Shown here one piece after another: positions 19,520 through 36,391 of a DNA stretch of 64,000 nucleotides. Both the position numbers and the translations under genes were made by a program. The notes below the pieces were generated by a model that saw only the letters and a list, made by a program, of their open reading frames with translations, ran no database searches and was not told where the DNA came from. The first letter of the stretch is position 1. Each line of letters begins with the position of its first letter. The stretch spans positions 425,344 through 489,343 of the forward strand of contig CAWINH010000002.1 of assembly GCA_963837425.1 (NCBI GenBank), in the 5' to 3' direction. Source of the DNA: an uncultured Chloroflexia bacterium. Lineage in GTDB: Bacteria > Chloroflexota > Limnocylindria > QHBO01.

Positions 19520-20097
19520 CGGCGACCGACCATGCGCCAGGCGGCCGGCAGCAGGCCGGCCGCCAGCGCGACCTTCGCCGCGTCCCAGGGCAGGAAGACG
19601 AGGGCTCCGGACTGCAGCGCGTCGCCCGCCGGGAGTGAAAGGGCGAGCGCCAGCACCGGGACGCCGATCGCGTAGATCACGAGGTTGCCGAGCAGCATGA
19701 GTCCGGCGGCCTGCAGCGGCGTGCGGTCCCAACCGCCTTCGGCCAGGCGACCGACGAGCATCGCCGCCAGGATGAACCCGACGAGATAGCCACCTGTCGC
19801 GCCGAGGAGCTCGTCGACACCGTGGGCGCCGTGAGCGTAGACCGGGGCGCCGGCGATGCCGGCCAGCACGTAGAGGAGCATGCTCGCGGCCCCGAGTCGC
19901 CATCCGAGGACGGTCCCCACCAGGAGGACGGCCGCCGTCTGCCCCGTGTAGGGGACCGGGGTCCACGGCACGCTGAACGACAGCTGGGCGGCGAGCGCGG
20001 TGAGCGCGGCGCCGGCGGTCACCAGGACGAGGCCCCGGGCTCCGGATGAGAGGCCCGCGCGGTCGGAGGCGGGGACCAGCGCTTCGGCGAGGGTCAT
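19516..20097 (-). CDS. bioY: Biotin transporter BioY (ECF S component)
   Basis: 193 aa, five or six TM helices. ...PVPYTGQTAAVLLVGTVLGWRLGAASMLLYVLAGIAGAPVYA... matches the BioY family pattern. Confidence 0.7.
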   Translation of the reverse strand: MTLAEALVPASDRAGLSSGARGLVLVTAGAALTALAAQLSFSVPWTPVPYTGQTAAVLLVGTVLGWRLGAASMLLYVLAGIAGAPVYAHGAHGVDELLGATGGYLVGFILAAMLVGRLAEGGWDRTPLQAAGLMLLGNLVIYAIGVPVLALALSLPAGDALQSGALVFLPWDAAKVALAAGLLPAAWRMVGRR

Positions 20098-20204
20098 GCG
20101 CCGGATGGTACCCGAGACGGCGCGGTACGCAAGGCCCCAAGCCGATGCGCTAGACTGCCGCCAGGTCCTTTAAGGCCGGCACAGTGATGCCGGAAAGGAG
20201 CGAG

Positions 20205-21365
20205 ATGCAGACAGTCGAACGCACGGGCCATACGACGTCAACCGCCGGAGAGCGGTCGGCGTCGTTCTCGTCTCCGGTGCCCGGCCTGCTCGCTCTCGAG
20301 GGCGGGACCATTCACCACGGGCGGCTGCGCGGCGCCCCGGTCGCGGCCAGCGGCGACCTCATCTTCACGACCGCCGCCACGGGCTGGGGCGAAATCCTCA
20401 CCGACCCCTCTTACGAGGGGCAGATCGTCGTCCTCACCCACCCGATGGCCGGCAATTACCGGATCAGCGCTGCCGAGCTCGAGTCGGAGCGGGTACACGC
20501 GCGAGCGCTGGTGGTCACCCGCCTCGTCACGCCGCCGCCGGGTCCCGGGCGCAGCCTCGAGGAGCTGCTCAGCGAGGCGCAGATCCCCGCCATCGAGGGT
20601 GTCGACACGCGCGCCCTGACCCTGGAGCTGCGCCGCGGCGCAGCGCGGCGCACGGTCATTGCCCCCGGCGCCGACGAGGCCGGCAGCGTGGCCGCGGCGC
20701 GCGCCACGACACCCTGGGAGGCGATCGATCACGTCGCGGCGGTGGCGACCCGCCGGCCGTACACGCTCGCGCCGGAGGGGCCGCGCCGGGCGCGCGCCAC
20801 GCTCGTCGACTACGGCGTCAAACGCTCGCTCCTCCGCGCCCTCGCGGCGCGCGGCTTCGAGGTCACCGTGCTGCCGCACGCCTCGGGAGCCGAGGCAGTG
20901 CTGGCCACCGAGCCCGACCTCATCGTCCTGTCGCCCGGCCCCGGCGATCCGTCGCGGATGGAGCGCGAGATCGGCGTGGCCGGGACGCTCGCCGCCGGAG
21001 CCGTCGCCGGCGGGGTCCCGATCCTCGGCATCTGCCTCGGCCATCAGCTGCTGGCCCTGGCGGCCGGGGGGCGGACCGCCCGGCTGCCGGTCGGCCACCA
21101 CGGCGGCAACCACGCGGTCATCGAGACCGCCGCCGGGCGCGTCGACATCGGCGCCCACAACCACGAGGTGGCGGTCCTCGACGACCCGGCTCTCGTCGCC
21201 GCCGGCTACCGGGTCAGCCATCGCGATCTGAACGACGGCACCGTTGAGGGCCTGGTCCACGCCTCGGGACGGATCGCATCGGTCCAGTTCCACCCCGAGG
21301 GTGCTCCCGGACCCATCGACGGGTCCCGCGTCTTCGACATCGCTGCGGAGCGGGCGGTGGCGTGA
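20205..21365 (+). CDS. carA: Carbamoyl-phosphate synthase small (glutamine amidotransferase) subunit CarA. An upstream GTG at 20184 is possible.
   Basis: [61 protein letters not shown] ... [17 protein letters not shown] ... HNHEV. An AAAGGAG Shine-Dalgarno sits 6 nt before the ATG at 20205. Confidence 0.9.
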   Translation: MQTVERTGHTTSTAGERSASFSSPVPGLLALEGGTIHHGRLRGAPVAASGDLIFTTAATGWGEILTDPSYEGQIVVLTHPMAGNYRISAAELESERVHARALVVTRLVTPPPGPGRSLEELLSEAQIPAIEGVDTRALTLELRRGAARRTVIAPGADEAGSVAAARATTPWEAIDHVAAVATRRPYTLAPEGPRRARATLVDYGVKRSLLRALAARGFEVTVLPHASGAEAVLATEPDLIVLSPGPGDPSRMEREIGVAGTLAAGAVAGGVPILGICLGHQLLALAAGGRTARLPVGHHGGNHAVIETAAGRVDIGAHNHEVAVLDDPALVAAGYRVSHRDLNDGTVEGLVHASGRIASVQFHPEGAPGPIDGSRVFDIAAERAVA

Positions 21366-24244
21366 CGATCCCGCGCAAGGTCCTCGTCATCGGCTCGGGG
21401 CCGATCCTGATCGGCCAGGCCGCCGAGTTCGACTACGCGGGGGTGCAGGCCTGCCTCGCCCTGCGTGGCGAGGGGGTCGAGACGGTTCTCGTCAACTCGA
21501 ACCCGGCCACGGTGATGACCGACCCCGACGTGGGCGGCACTGTGGTCATCGGCCCCCTGACGGTCGAGCACCTCGGCGCGGTCATCGCCGAGCACCGGCC
21601 CGATGCGCTGCTCCCGACCCTCGGCGGGCAGACCGGGCTCAACCTGGCGGTGGCGCTCGACGACGCGGGCGTCCTGGACCGATACGGGCTGCGCGTCCTC
21701 GGCACACCGCTCGACGCGGTGCGCGCCGCGGAGGATCGCGGCGGGTTCCGGAGCCTCGTGACCGGGATCGGCGAGCCGGTGCCGGAGAGCGCGGTCATCG
21801 AATCGGTCGAGGACGGGATGCGCTTCGTGGAGGCGCTCCGAGCGCCGGTCGTCATTCGCCCGGCATTCACCCTCGGTGGCGGCGGGGGAGGCTTCGCCTT
21901 CACTCCCGAGGAGGCCCGGGAGCGGATCGCGACCGGCATCCGCACGAGCCCCATCGGCCAGGTGCTCGTCGAGCGCTCGCTGTTGGGCTGGTACGAGATC
22001 GAGTTCGAGGTCCTGCGCGATGCGGCTGACACGACGATCGCGATCTGCGGCATGGAGAACGTCGATCCGATGGGGGTCCATACCGGCGACTCGATCGTGG
22101 TGGCGCCCATCCAGACCCTCCCCGACCCGGTCGTCCAGCGGCTGCGCCGTTCGGCGCTGAAGATCGTCCGGGCGCTCCGTCTCGAGGGAGGCTGCAACGT
22201 CCAGCTGGCCGTGACGCCGGATGGGAGCGACTACCGGGTCATCGAGGTCAACCCGCGCGTCAGCCGCTCCTCGGCGCTGGCCTCCAAGGCGACCGGCTAT
22301 CCGATCGCCCGCGTGGCGGCACTCGTCGGCCTCGGGAAGCGGCTCGACGAGCTCCCGAACCCGGCGACCGGCGGCAACTCGGCTGCATTCGAGCCGGCGG
22401 TCGACTACGTCGTGGTGAAGATCCCGCGCTGGCCGTTCGACAAGTTCCCGGCCGCCGATCGCTCGCTCGGGGTGCAGATGAAGGCGACCGGCGAGGCGAT
22501 GGCGATCGACCGCGAATTCGGCCCCGCCCTCCTCAAGGCTCTCCGATCGCTCGAGCCGCGCGGTCACGGCTGGCTGTGGGAGGACGACGGCTGGGGGCTG
22601 GGACCCACGCGCCCCGGAGGATCCCGAGGCATTCCTGGCGCCGAGTGACACCCGCCTGTGGCGGATGGTGAGCCTGCTCCGCCATGGCTGGACCGATGCC
22701 GCCGGGCTGGCAGCGGTGACCGGCATCGCGCCGTGGTTCTGCGAGCGCTTGGCAGAGCTGGTGGCGTCCGAGGCGTAGGTGGTCGGCGCACCGCTGATCG
22801 AGGCGAAACGGGGCGGCTTCGGGGACGCGGAGATCGCCGCGCTGTCCGGGGTGCCGCCCGCCGCGGTTCGCCGCGCGCGGGTGCGCGCCGGGATCATGCC
22901 CGCCTACCGCCGCGTGGACACCTGCGCCGGCGAGTTCCCGGCGGAGACGCCCTATTTCTACTCGTCGTACGCGCTGCCGGAGGTGCCGCCGCCGGCCGAT
23001 CGGCGCAGCGTCATCGTCGTCGGCTCGGGGCCGATTCGCATCGGGCAGGGGATCGAGTTCGACTACTGCTCGGTCCGTGCCGCCTGGGCGATCCGCGAGC
23101 TGGGCCTCGACGCGGTCGTCATCAACAACAACCCCGAGACGGTATCGACCGACTATGACGCGTGTTGGCGGCTCTACTTCGAACCGCTCGACACCGAGTC
23201 GGTCCTCGACGTCATCGACCACGAGCGGGCGCTCACCGGTGAGCCGCCGCTGGTCCTCCTCACCTTCGGCGGGCAGACGGCCATCGACCTGGCCAAGGAC
23301 CTTGCCTACGACGACGTGCCGATCGCCGGCCTCACCGCACATGCCATCGAGCTGACCGAGGATCGCGAACGGTTCGCCGAGCTCCTCGACGAGCTGGGCC
23401 TCTAGGGCCCGCGCGGCGCCTTGCCGGCAATGCCGGCGAGCTGCGCAGCCGCGGATGCGCTGGGCCTGCCGGTCATCGTGCGGCCCTCGTGGGTCATCGG
23501 CGGGCGGGGGATCGCGGTGCTGCGCTCCGCGGACGACCTCGACGAGCTGCTGCGCACCGAGATCGGCTGGCCGCTGCGCGTCGACGAACTGGTCGAGGGC
23601 ATCGAGCTGGACGTGGACGCCATGAGCGACGGTACCGATTGGTGCGTGCCCGGCATCCTGGAGCAGCTGGATCCGCCCGGCGTCCATTCCGGCGACTCGA
23701 TCGCCGTCCTGCCGCCCCAGCGCCTGCCGCGCGAGGTGCAGGAGCGGGCCGCGGCGGCAGCCGGCCGCATCGCGCTGGCGCTCGGCGTCCGCGGGGTGCT
23801 GAACGTGCAGATGATCGTCGCCGACGAGCGGATGGTGATCATCGAGGCGAACCCGCGCGCCAGCCGCACGGTGCCCATCGTCGCCAAGGCCACGGGACGC
23901 GACGTCGTGGCGGCGGCGGTGCGCTGCGCGCTGGGTGGATCGCTGGCGGAGGCGGGCTGGGAGCCGGGGCTGGCGCCGGACGCGCCGCTCGTCGCGGTGA
24001 AGGCGCCGGTCGGCTCCCTGTGGCGGCTGCCGGGGGTACCGGGGAGCTCGGGCCGGAGATGCGATCGACGGGGGAGGTGCTGGGCCTGGCGACTGACTAC
24101 GCGACCGCCATGCGCTCGCGACGGACGCGGCCCGCGCGCACCCGGCCTGAGTCGTCCTCAGCGGGAGGAGGCGCCCTTCCGACGGCGCTGCGTTGCCACC
24201 GCGCCCCGATGCGAGCCGGAGCGGCGACGCGACGCCGCAGGTAG
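21362..24244 (+). CDS. carB: Carbamoyl-phosphate synthase large subunit CarB, fragmented (21362-22648, 22779-23405, 23421-~24244). No MGS-like C-terminal domain is encoded.
   Basis: [30 protein letters not shown]... ATP-grasp 1, oligomerization, ATP-grasp 2 ([12 protein letters not shown]...), then ...[25 protein letters not shown] followed by only a short Arg-rich tail before the stop. Confidence 0.85.
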
Positions 24245-24832
24245 CCGCCATACCAGCCCGCGATGGCGCCGAAGAAGAGCTGGAAGCTCTCCTGGGAGGC
24301 GAGGCCCAGGAACAGCGCGGGTCTGCTCACCCCGGGGTCGACGCCGCCCTGCAGGATGGCCGTGCCAACGATGCCGGCGAAGAGGATCACACCCAGGAAC
24401 GCCGCGGCCAGTCCGAAGGCCCACGGTCGCTGCCAGCCGAACCAGCCCGCGCCGATGAGCGCCCCAAACGAGACGACCGATGCCAGGGTGGCGGTGGCGC
24501 TGACCCCGGACCGAGCCGGGCCAGGAGCTCGCCAACGGCCCAAAAACGCCGGCGGCACCCACCAGCGGGGGCCAGCGCGAGCAGGTACAGGCCGCTGACG
24601 AGGCCACGGATCGGCCCGCCGTAGGTGAACCCCGCCAGCGGGTCGGGCTTGCCGGGCAGCGGCGGCGCCGGAGGGAAGATGCGCTCCAGGAAGCCCGCCG
24701 GCCGGGAGCCGGCGTCGGCTCGCTCGCTCGTCCTCCTCCTCGGCCTGCCCGGCCTCGCGGCCCTGGGCACGGTGGCGCGCGCGGCGGCGCGCTTCGGCGC
24801 GCGACGCGCCTGGCTGGACTGATCTGGCATGG
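24245..24832 (-). CDS. Hypothetical small membrane protein (frame-shifted), convergent with carB
   Basis: Minus strand: MPDQSSQARRAPKRAAARATVPRAARPGRPRRRTSERADAGSRPAGFLERIFPPAPPLPGKPDPLAGFTYGGPIRGLVSGLYLLALAP ... then in another frame ATATLASVVSFGALIGAGWFGWQRPWAFGLAAAFLGVILFAGIVGTAILQGGVDPGVSRPALFLGLA. Confidence 0.3.
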
Positions 24833-24958
24833 GGCGCCGATTGTACGCGACGCGAGGGGAGCGGGAGGCGCGGCCGGGTAAGGGCTGGCTAAGCCGGCGA
24901 TAACCGGCCGCGGCCATCCTCGTCCTGCCTGCGGCGCCTCCTGCCCCGGGAGGTCCCC

Positions 24959-27309
24959 ATGCCGCACCCTTCGCCTTCACCCGCCAGCACCGGCGGCCGT
25001 GCTCGCGCCGTGCTCGCCGCCTGGCCGGCGCCCTCGGCCTCTCGGCCGCCCTCGCGGCGCCCGCCCGGGCGCGATCCCGGCGGCGTCGGCAGACCATCTG
25101 GTGCTGAGCGAGGTGATGACCGGCGGCGCGTCCGCCTCCGACGAGTTCGTGGAGCTCTATAACCCCACGGGCGTGGACCTGGCGCTCGAGGGCCTCGAGC
25201 TGGTCTACGTCACGGCCAGCGGGACGACGGTCACCCGGAAGGCGGGCTGGGATGCCCGGCGCCGCCCCTGGCGCCGGGCAGGCACCTGCTGGTGGCAAAC
25301 GAGGCCGGTGCGTGGACCGGCGTCGCAGACGCAACCTATGCGGGCGGCCTGTCGGCGCTGGGCGGCAGCGTCGCGCTCCGCGGCCCGGGATCGGAGCTCG
25401 CCATCGATGCGGTCGGATGGGGCACGGCGGCCAGCACCTGGCTCGAGGGGCGGCGGCAGCGGCGCCGCCGGCGGGCCACAGCCTCGAGCGACTTCCCGGT
25501 GCCCGCGGATCGGCGCAGGACACGGACGAGAATGCCTCCGACTTCGTCGAGCGCGAGATGCCGGCCCCGCAGAACCCTCACCCCCCGCCCGTGCCAGTCG
25601 GCGGCGGCCGCCGCTGCCAGACCTCCTCGGCGAGCCGTCGTCCCGACCGTCACCGCCGCCGTCACGCCGCCGTCACGCCGATCCCCACCCCGACCTCGCG
25701 CCCACACTCAACCCGACCCGTCGCCCGTGATCAGCATCGCGGCGGCGCGCGCGACCGACGACGGGACGCCGGTAACCATCGAGGGCACGGCGCTGGGCGG
25801 TTCCGACTTCCGACGGCGGCGGGTTCGTCGCCGACAGGACCGGGGGGATTGCCGTCCTGCTCAGCAGTGGCGCCTACGATCGCGGAACGCTGCTGCGGGT
25901 CAGCGGAACGGTGGACGACCGCTACGCGCAGCGCACCCTCCGCGCCGATGGGACGGCGTCACCGTCTGGGCGCCGGGACCGAACCGGGCCCGTGGCTCGG
26001 CGACCGGACGATGTCGACGAGAGCAGCGAGGGCCTGCTGATCCAGGCCACCGGCCAGCGATCGCAGGGCTCGCCGAGCACCCTCAGCGGTGCGGTCGCCT
26101 ACGACCTCGACGACGGAACCGGCAGCCTGCGGCTGGTGGTGGGTGACGCGACCGGCATCGACCGCAGCGGGTGGCGCGCAGGCACCACCCTCACCATCCT
26201 GGGCGTGGTGGGCCAGCGCGACGCGAGCGGAAGTGGCAGCGCGGGGTATCGGCTCCTGCCGAGGGACGCGGCCGACGTCCTGCTCGATTCGGGCAGCGGC
26301 GCCACGCCTACCCCGACGCCCAGCGTCTCGCCGGCGCCCACGCCGCGCCCCGCCCGGCTGATCCGGCCTCGACAGCGTGGCGCAGGCGCGTCCGGCCAAG
26401 AATGCACGCGTCACCGTGCGAGGAGTGGTGACCCTGCCGACCGGCCTGTTCGAGCCCACCGCGGCGCCGTTCTCCAGGACGCGCCGAGCGATCTTCCTGC
26501 GCCTCTCCGACAACGCGGGATTGCTGGTGGCCGGGCAGTTGGTCCAGGCCGCCGGGATTCGCTCCACGTGGACGGGGATGGAGTCGATCCGGCTCTCGGA
26601 GCCGCCGCTGCAGCAGGGCATTGGCATCGCTGCCAGCCCCGCTGGCGCGGCCCACGGGGACCATCGGCGAGGAGGATGAGGCCGCCCTGGTGCGCGTCAG
26701 CGGGGTCGCGGCGAGCGCGCCGCAGCGCACCTCGGCGGGCGCGCGCTACTTCGACCTCGACGATGGCAGCGGTGCGCTGCGCGTCTTCCTGGCGCCGGCG
26801 CTGGCGCGAGCCTGGCGCCCTCGCTGGCCGCCGGGACGCGGTTGCAGCTGCGCGGCGTGATCCTGCAGGAGACGAGCGGCCAGCAGCCCCTGCGCGGCTA
26901 CCGGCTGTGGCCGGCCGGCGCCTCGGACGTCACGATCCTGGGTCCGGCGTGGCAGCGGGAGAGCGACACGGTCGGAACCACGGCGGCGAGCATCGGGCGG
27001 CTTCAGGAGGCGGCAGCCCGCACCGGGCGGCTCCGGCACGGATGCCGCCGGCCACGCCCGGGCCCGACGCGGAGCCAGCCCGAGCCTGCGCCGCCCATCG
27101 CTCGACCGACGGCACTACCCCCGGCTGCGGCCGTGAACCCGTGGGTGGGAGGAACGGACTCTGGGGTCCGGCGGACCCCGGGGCGGCCGCTACCGCCCGC
27201 CCCGCTGCTGGCGGGGGTGGCCGCGGGTAACTGTGCACCTGCGGCGGCGGCGCTGGTCCGTGGTCGGATCGAGTGGCTTGCGCGGGCCGTGGCCGCTCGT
27301 CGCGCGTGA
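24959..27309 (+). CDS. Secreted lamin-tail-domain (LTD) protein with Pro/Thr linker and three tandem ~100-aa OB/beta-sandwich-like repeats; fragmented
   Basis: Signal-like N-terminus. LTD: AASADHLVLSEVMTGGASASDEFVELYNPTGVDLALEGLELVYVTASGTTVTRKAGW ... VALRGPGSELAIDAVGWG. Repeats: ...VAYDLDDGTGSLRLVVGDATGIDRSGWRAGTTLTILGVVGQRDASGSGSAGYRLLPRDAADV / VRGVVTLPTGLFEPTAAPFS...LRLSDNAGLLVAG / VRVSGVAASAPQRTSAGARYFDLDDGSGALRVFLAP...LQLRGVILQETSGQQPLRGYRLWPAGASDV. Confidence 0.6.
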
Positions 27310-27523
27310 ACGACTGCCGCCGGGGCGGAGGCGCAGGCCCCCATCCGGGGGACGCGGGAGGCGGGGGCGGGGCTCACCGCTGTGCCGAGCCGTTCCACTC
27401 GTGGCGATGCTCGCCCCGCGGAGCGGATGGGTCAGGACGGGCCGATGCGGCGGGGCGGGGGAACGGGCGTATACTCCCGCCGACCTGACGTTCCACGCTC
27501 ACAGGAGGGAATTCGCGGGCATC

Positions 27524-28330
27524 GTGACCGAGCTCTCAGGGCCGATGCTCCGCACCGGAGCCCGCCAGTACCACATCGCCCTCGAGCGGGGCGAGCTGGC
27601 CGAGTATGTCCTGCTGGTCGGCGATCCGGACGCGTCGCGAAGGTCTGCCGCGCATTTCGACGGGATGGAGCTCGAGCGGAGCAACCGCGAGATCACCAGT
27701 GCGACCGGGACCTACCGCGGCATGCGCCTCTCGGTGATGTCGACCGGGATGGGCTCCGACAACGTGGAGATCGTGCTCGCCGAGGTGATGGAGATCACCG
27801 ATCGGCGGCGTTCATCCGCGTCGGATCGTGCGGCGCCCTCCAGCCGGAGATCGCCTCGGGGACCTGATCATCTCGATCGGAGCGGTGCGCCTCGAGAACA
27901 CGACCGCGTTCTACGTCCACCCCGGCTACCCCGCGATCGCCCACCGAGAGGTGGTCTAGGCCCTGGAGATCGGCGTGTCGCGAGCTGGGCTACCCGTACC
28001 ACGTGGGGCTCACGGCGACGGCACCGGGTTCTACGCTCCGCAGGGACGGGCGATGCGCACGCTCCCCGTTCGCTATCCTGATCTCGCAGAGGAGCTCCGG
28101 CGGCAGCGCGTCGCGAACCTCGAGATGGAGTCGTCGGCGCTGTTCGTGCTGGCGAGTCTGGCGGGACTGCGGGCCGGCACCGTCTGTGCGGCCTACGCGC
28201 AGCGGCGATGGAACGTTCCTGGAAGGCGCGGCAAAGGAGGCCGCCGAGGCACGCTGTATCGATGCCGGACTGGCCGGCATCCACCTGCTCTGGGAGCTCG
28301 ACTCCGGCATCGCCGGCGAGCCGCGACCGC
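27524..28330 (+). CDS. Nucleoside phosphorylase, PNP/UDP_1 family (DeoD/Udp-like); frame switches, 3' end uncertain
   Basis: QYHIALERGELAEYVLLVGDPDASRRSAAHFDGMELERSNREITSATGTYRGMRLSVMSTGMGSDNVEIVLAEVMEI ... CGALQPEIASGDLIISIGAVRLENTTAFYVHPGYPA ... ELGYPYHVGLTATAPGFYAPQGR ... ANLEMESSALFVLASLAGLRAGTVCAAY. A TATACT -10 and an AGGAGGG RBS are upstream. Confidence 0.7.
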
Positions 28331-28410
28331 TGGTCGTCACTGGGTGGCGGCAGGAGCGGGGAGCAGTAACCACCGACCCGGCCGCGACGCCGGAGAAGGA
28401 GGCACCACCG

Positions 28411-28554
28411 ATGGCGACAAAGGCCTATTGCGTCAAGTGCAAGGCCAAGCGCGACATGAACAACGAGCACAAGATCACGATGAAGAACGGCAAGCCGGCC
28501 ACCGAGGGCGTCTGCCCGGTGTGCGGCACCAAGATGTTCAAGATCGGCGGCTGA
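28411..28554 (+). CDS. DUF5679-type small zinc-ribbon protein (47 aa)
   Basis: MATKAYCVKCKAKRDMNNEHKITMKNGKPATEGVCPVCGTKMFKIGG. Strong GGAGAAGGAGG Shine-Dalgarno. Confidence 0.7.
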   Translation: MATKAYCVKCKAKRDMNNEHKITMKNGKPATEGVCPVCGTKMFKIGG

Positions 28555-28673
28555 CGACCTCGATAGGCATCGCGCGTCGGCCGGCCGGCCGCCCCATCGG
28601 CCTCGCAGCCAGCGCAGCCGGTGGGCTGGCCGGGCGGCCATCTCGGTTCGCCCGGCGGCTAGAATTGGCCCTC

Positions 28674-29688
28674 GTGGATGAGGCAACCGCCCGGCCGGTC
28701 CTGGCGATCGACCTGGGCGGCACCCAGATTCGCGCGGCGCACGTGATCCCGACGCTGACCGTGGCGTCCCGCCGTGCCGTCGGACGAACGCCGAGAGGGC
28801 GTGGACGCCGTCATCGGCCGCATCTGCCGCCTTGCCCGCGACGTCGCGCGAGCGGCCGGGTCCGCGGCCTGGGAGCCCCGCGGCATCGGCATCTCGTCGC
28901 CGGGGCCGCTCGACCCGTGGCGCGGGATGGTGGTCGTGCCGCCCAACCTGGCCGGCTGGCGCGACATCCCGCTCGCGGACCTGGTTGAGAGCGGCTGGGC
29001 CTGCCGACGTTCCTGGAGCGGGACACGAACGTGGCGATGATGGCCGAGTGGCGCTACGGCGCCGCGCGGGACCGGCGGGACGTGATCTACATCACGGTCT
29101 CGACCGGGATCGGCGGTGGGATCGTCGTCGACGGGCGGCCGCTGCAGGGCCGGGACAACACCGCGGGCGAGATGGGGCACATCACGATCGACCTCGATGG
29201 CCCCCTGTGCGGTGACGGAATGCCCGGTCATGCAGAGGCGATCGGCTCTGGTACCGCCATCGCGCGTGAGGGACGATCGCTCCTGGAGCGCGGCGAGGCG
29301 CCCGTCCTTGCCGCCCTGGTGGCGGTCCGGCGGGTCGACGCGGCGCTGGTGGCCGCGCCGCCGACGCCGGCGATCCCGCCTGCCGCGCGGTCTTCGAGCG
29401 AGCCTGGACCGCCATCGGTGCACTCTGCGCCAGCCTGGTGAACGGCTCAACCCCGAGGTGATCGTGATCGGCGGCAGCATCGCCGACCCATCGCGCCCGA
29501 GCTGCTGCCCCGCATCCGCGAGAGATCGACCGTCGCGCGTTTCCGGCGCCGGCGCGCCGGGGTGGATCGAGCGGCCGCAGCTCGGCGACGACGTCTCCCT
29601 GATCGGCTCGCTGCCGATCGTCAATGAACGCCTCAACGACCCCGCCTATCGCCGGCCGGTCGTTCCCCGAATGCGGCAACCCGCATGA
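28674..29688 (+). CDS. ROK family sugar kinase (glucokinase-like), fragmented
   Basis: [24 protein letters not shown] ... [39 protein letters not shown] ... [67 protein letters not shown]. Confidence 0.65.
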
Positions 29689-36006
<6,318 letters not shown>

Positions 36007-36391
36007 GGCAGTACTCCCTCCTGTTTGCGACCGACGTCTGCGTAGATGCCCGCCTCACGCTGCCCGAGCACTTCTGCCAATCATACTGCCGTCTGGCCGA
36101 GAGCTCGGCTGCGCCTCCGTGGCCTGTGCCAACGAGGTCGTCGTTCCCTCCGATTCCGCCAACCGGCGTCCGGGTGCAGGCATGGACCAGAAGGACCACT
36201 CGACAGCCGCCGTGCCCGGCGAGCACAATCAACCATCGGTCCCGGCGCGCGAGGCCTCGCTGTCCGCCTCAGGAAAAGCTAGGGGAGCCTGCCCAGGCGT
36301 CTAGGGGAGGAGCCCTCACCCGTGCCCACTGGAGAAGCCACGCGCAGCGACGCCACCTGCCGAAACCGTTTCTTGCTCCGGGCATCTGACC

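Noticed and set aside
24097-24558. 153-aa minus ORF interpreted as antisense to the CarB MGS domain
   Set aside because: Checked whether it masks a plus-strand MGS-like domain. None of the three plus frames in 24120-24560 gives MGS-like sequence. The minus-strand product has genuine TM-helix character, so it is retained as a hypothetical membrane protein rather than an artifact.
28003-28554. 183-aa ORF joining the phosphorylase C-terminus to the DUF5679 zinc-ribbon
   Set aside because: DUF5679 has its own strong Shine-Dalgarno (GGAGAAGGAGG) and an ATG at 28411. The upstream part is the nucleoside phosphorylase tail in a shifted frame. The stop-free link is coincidental, not a fusion.
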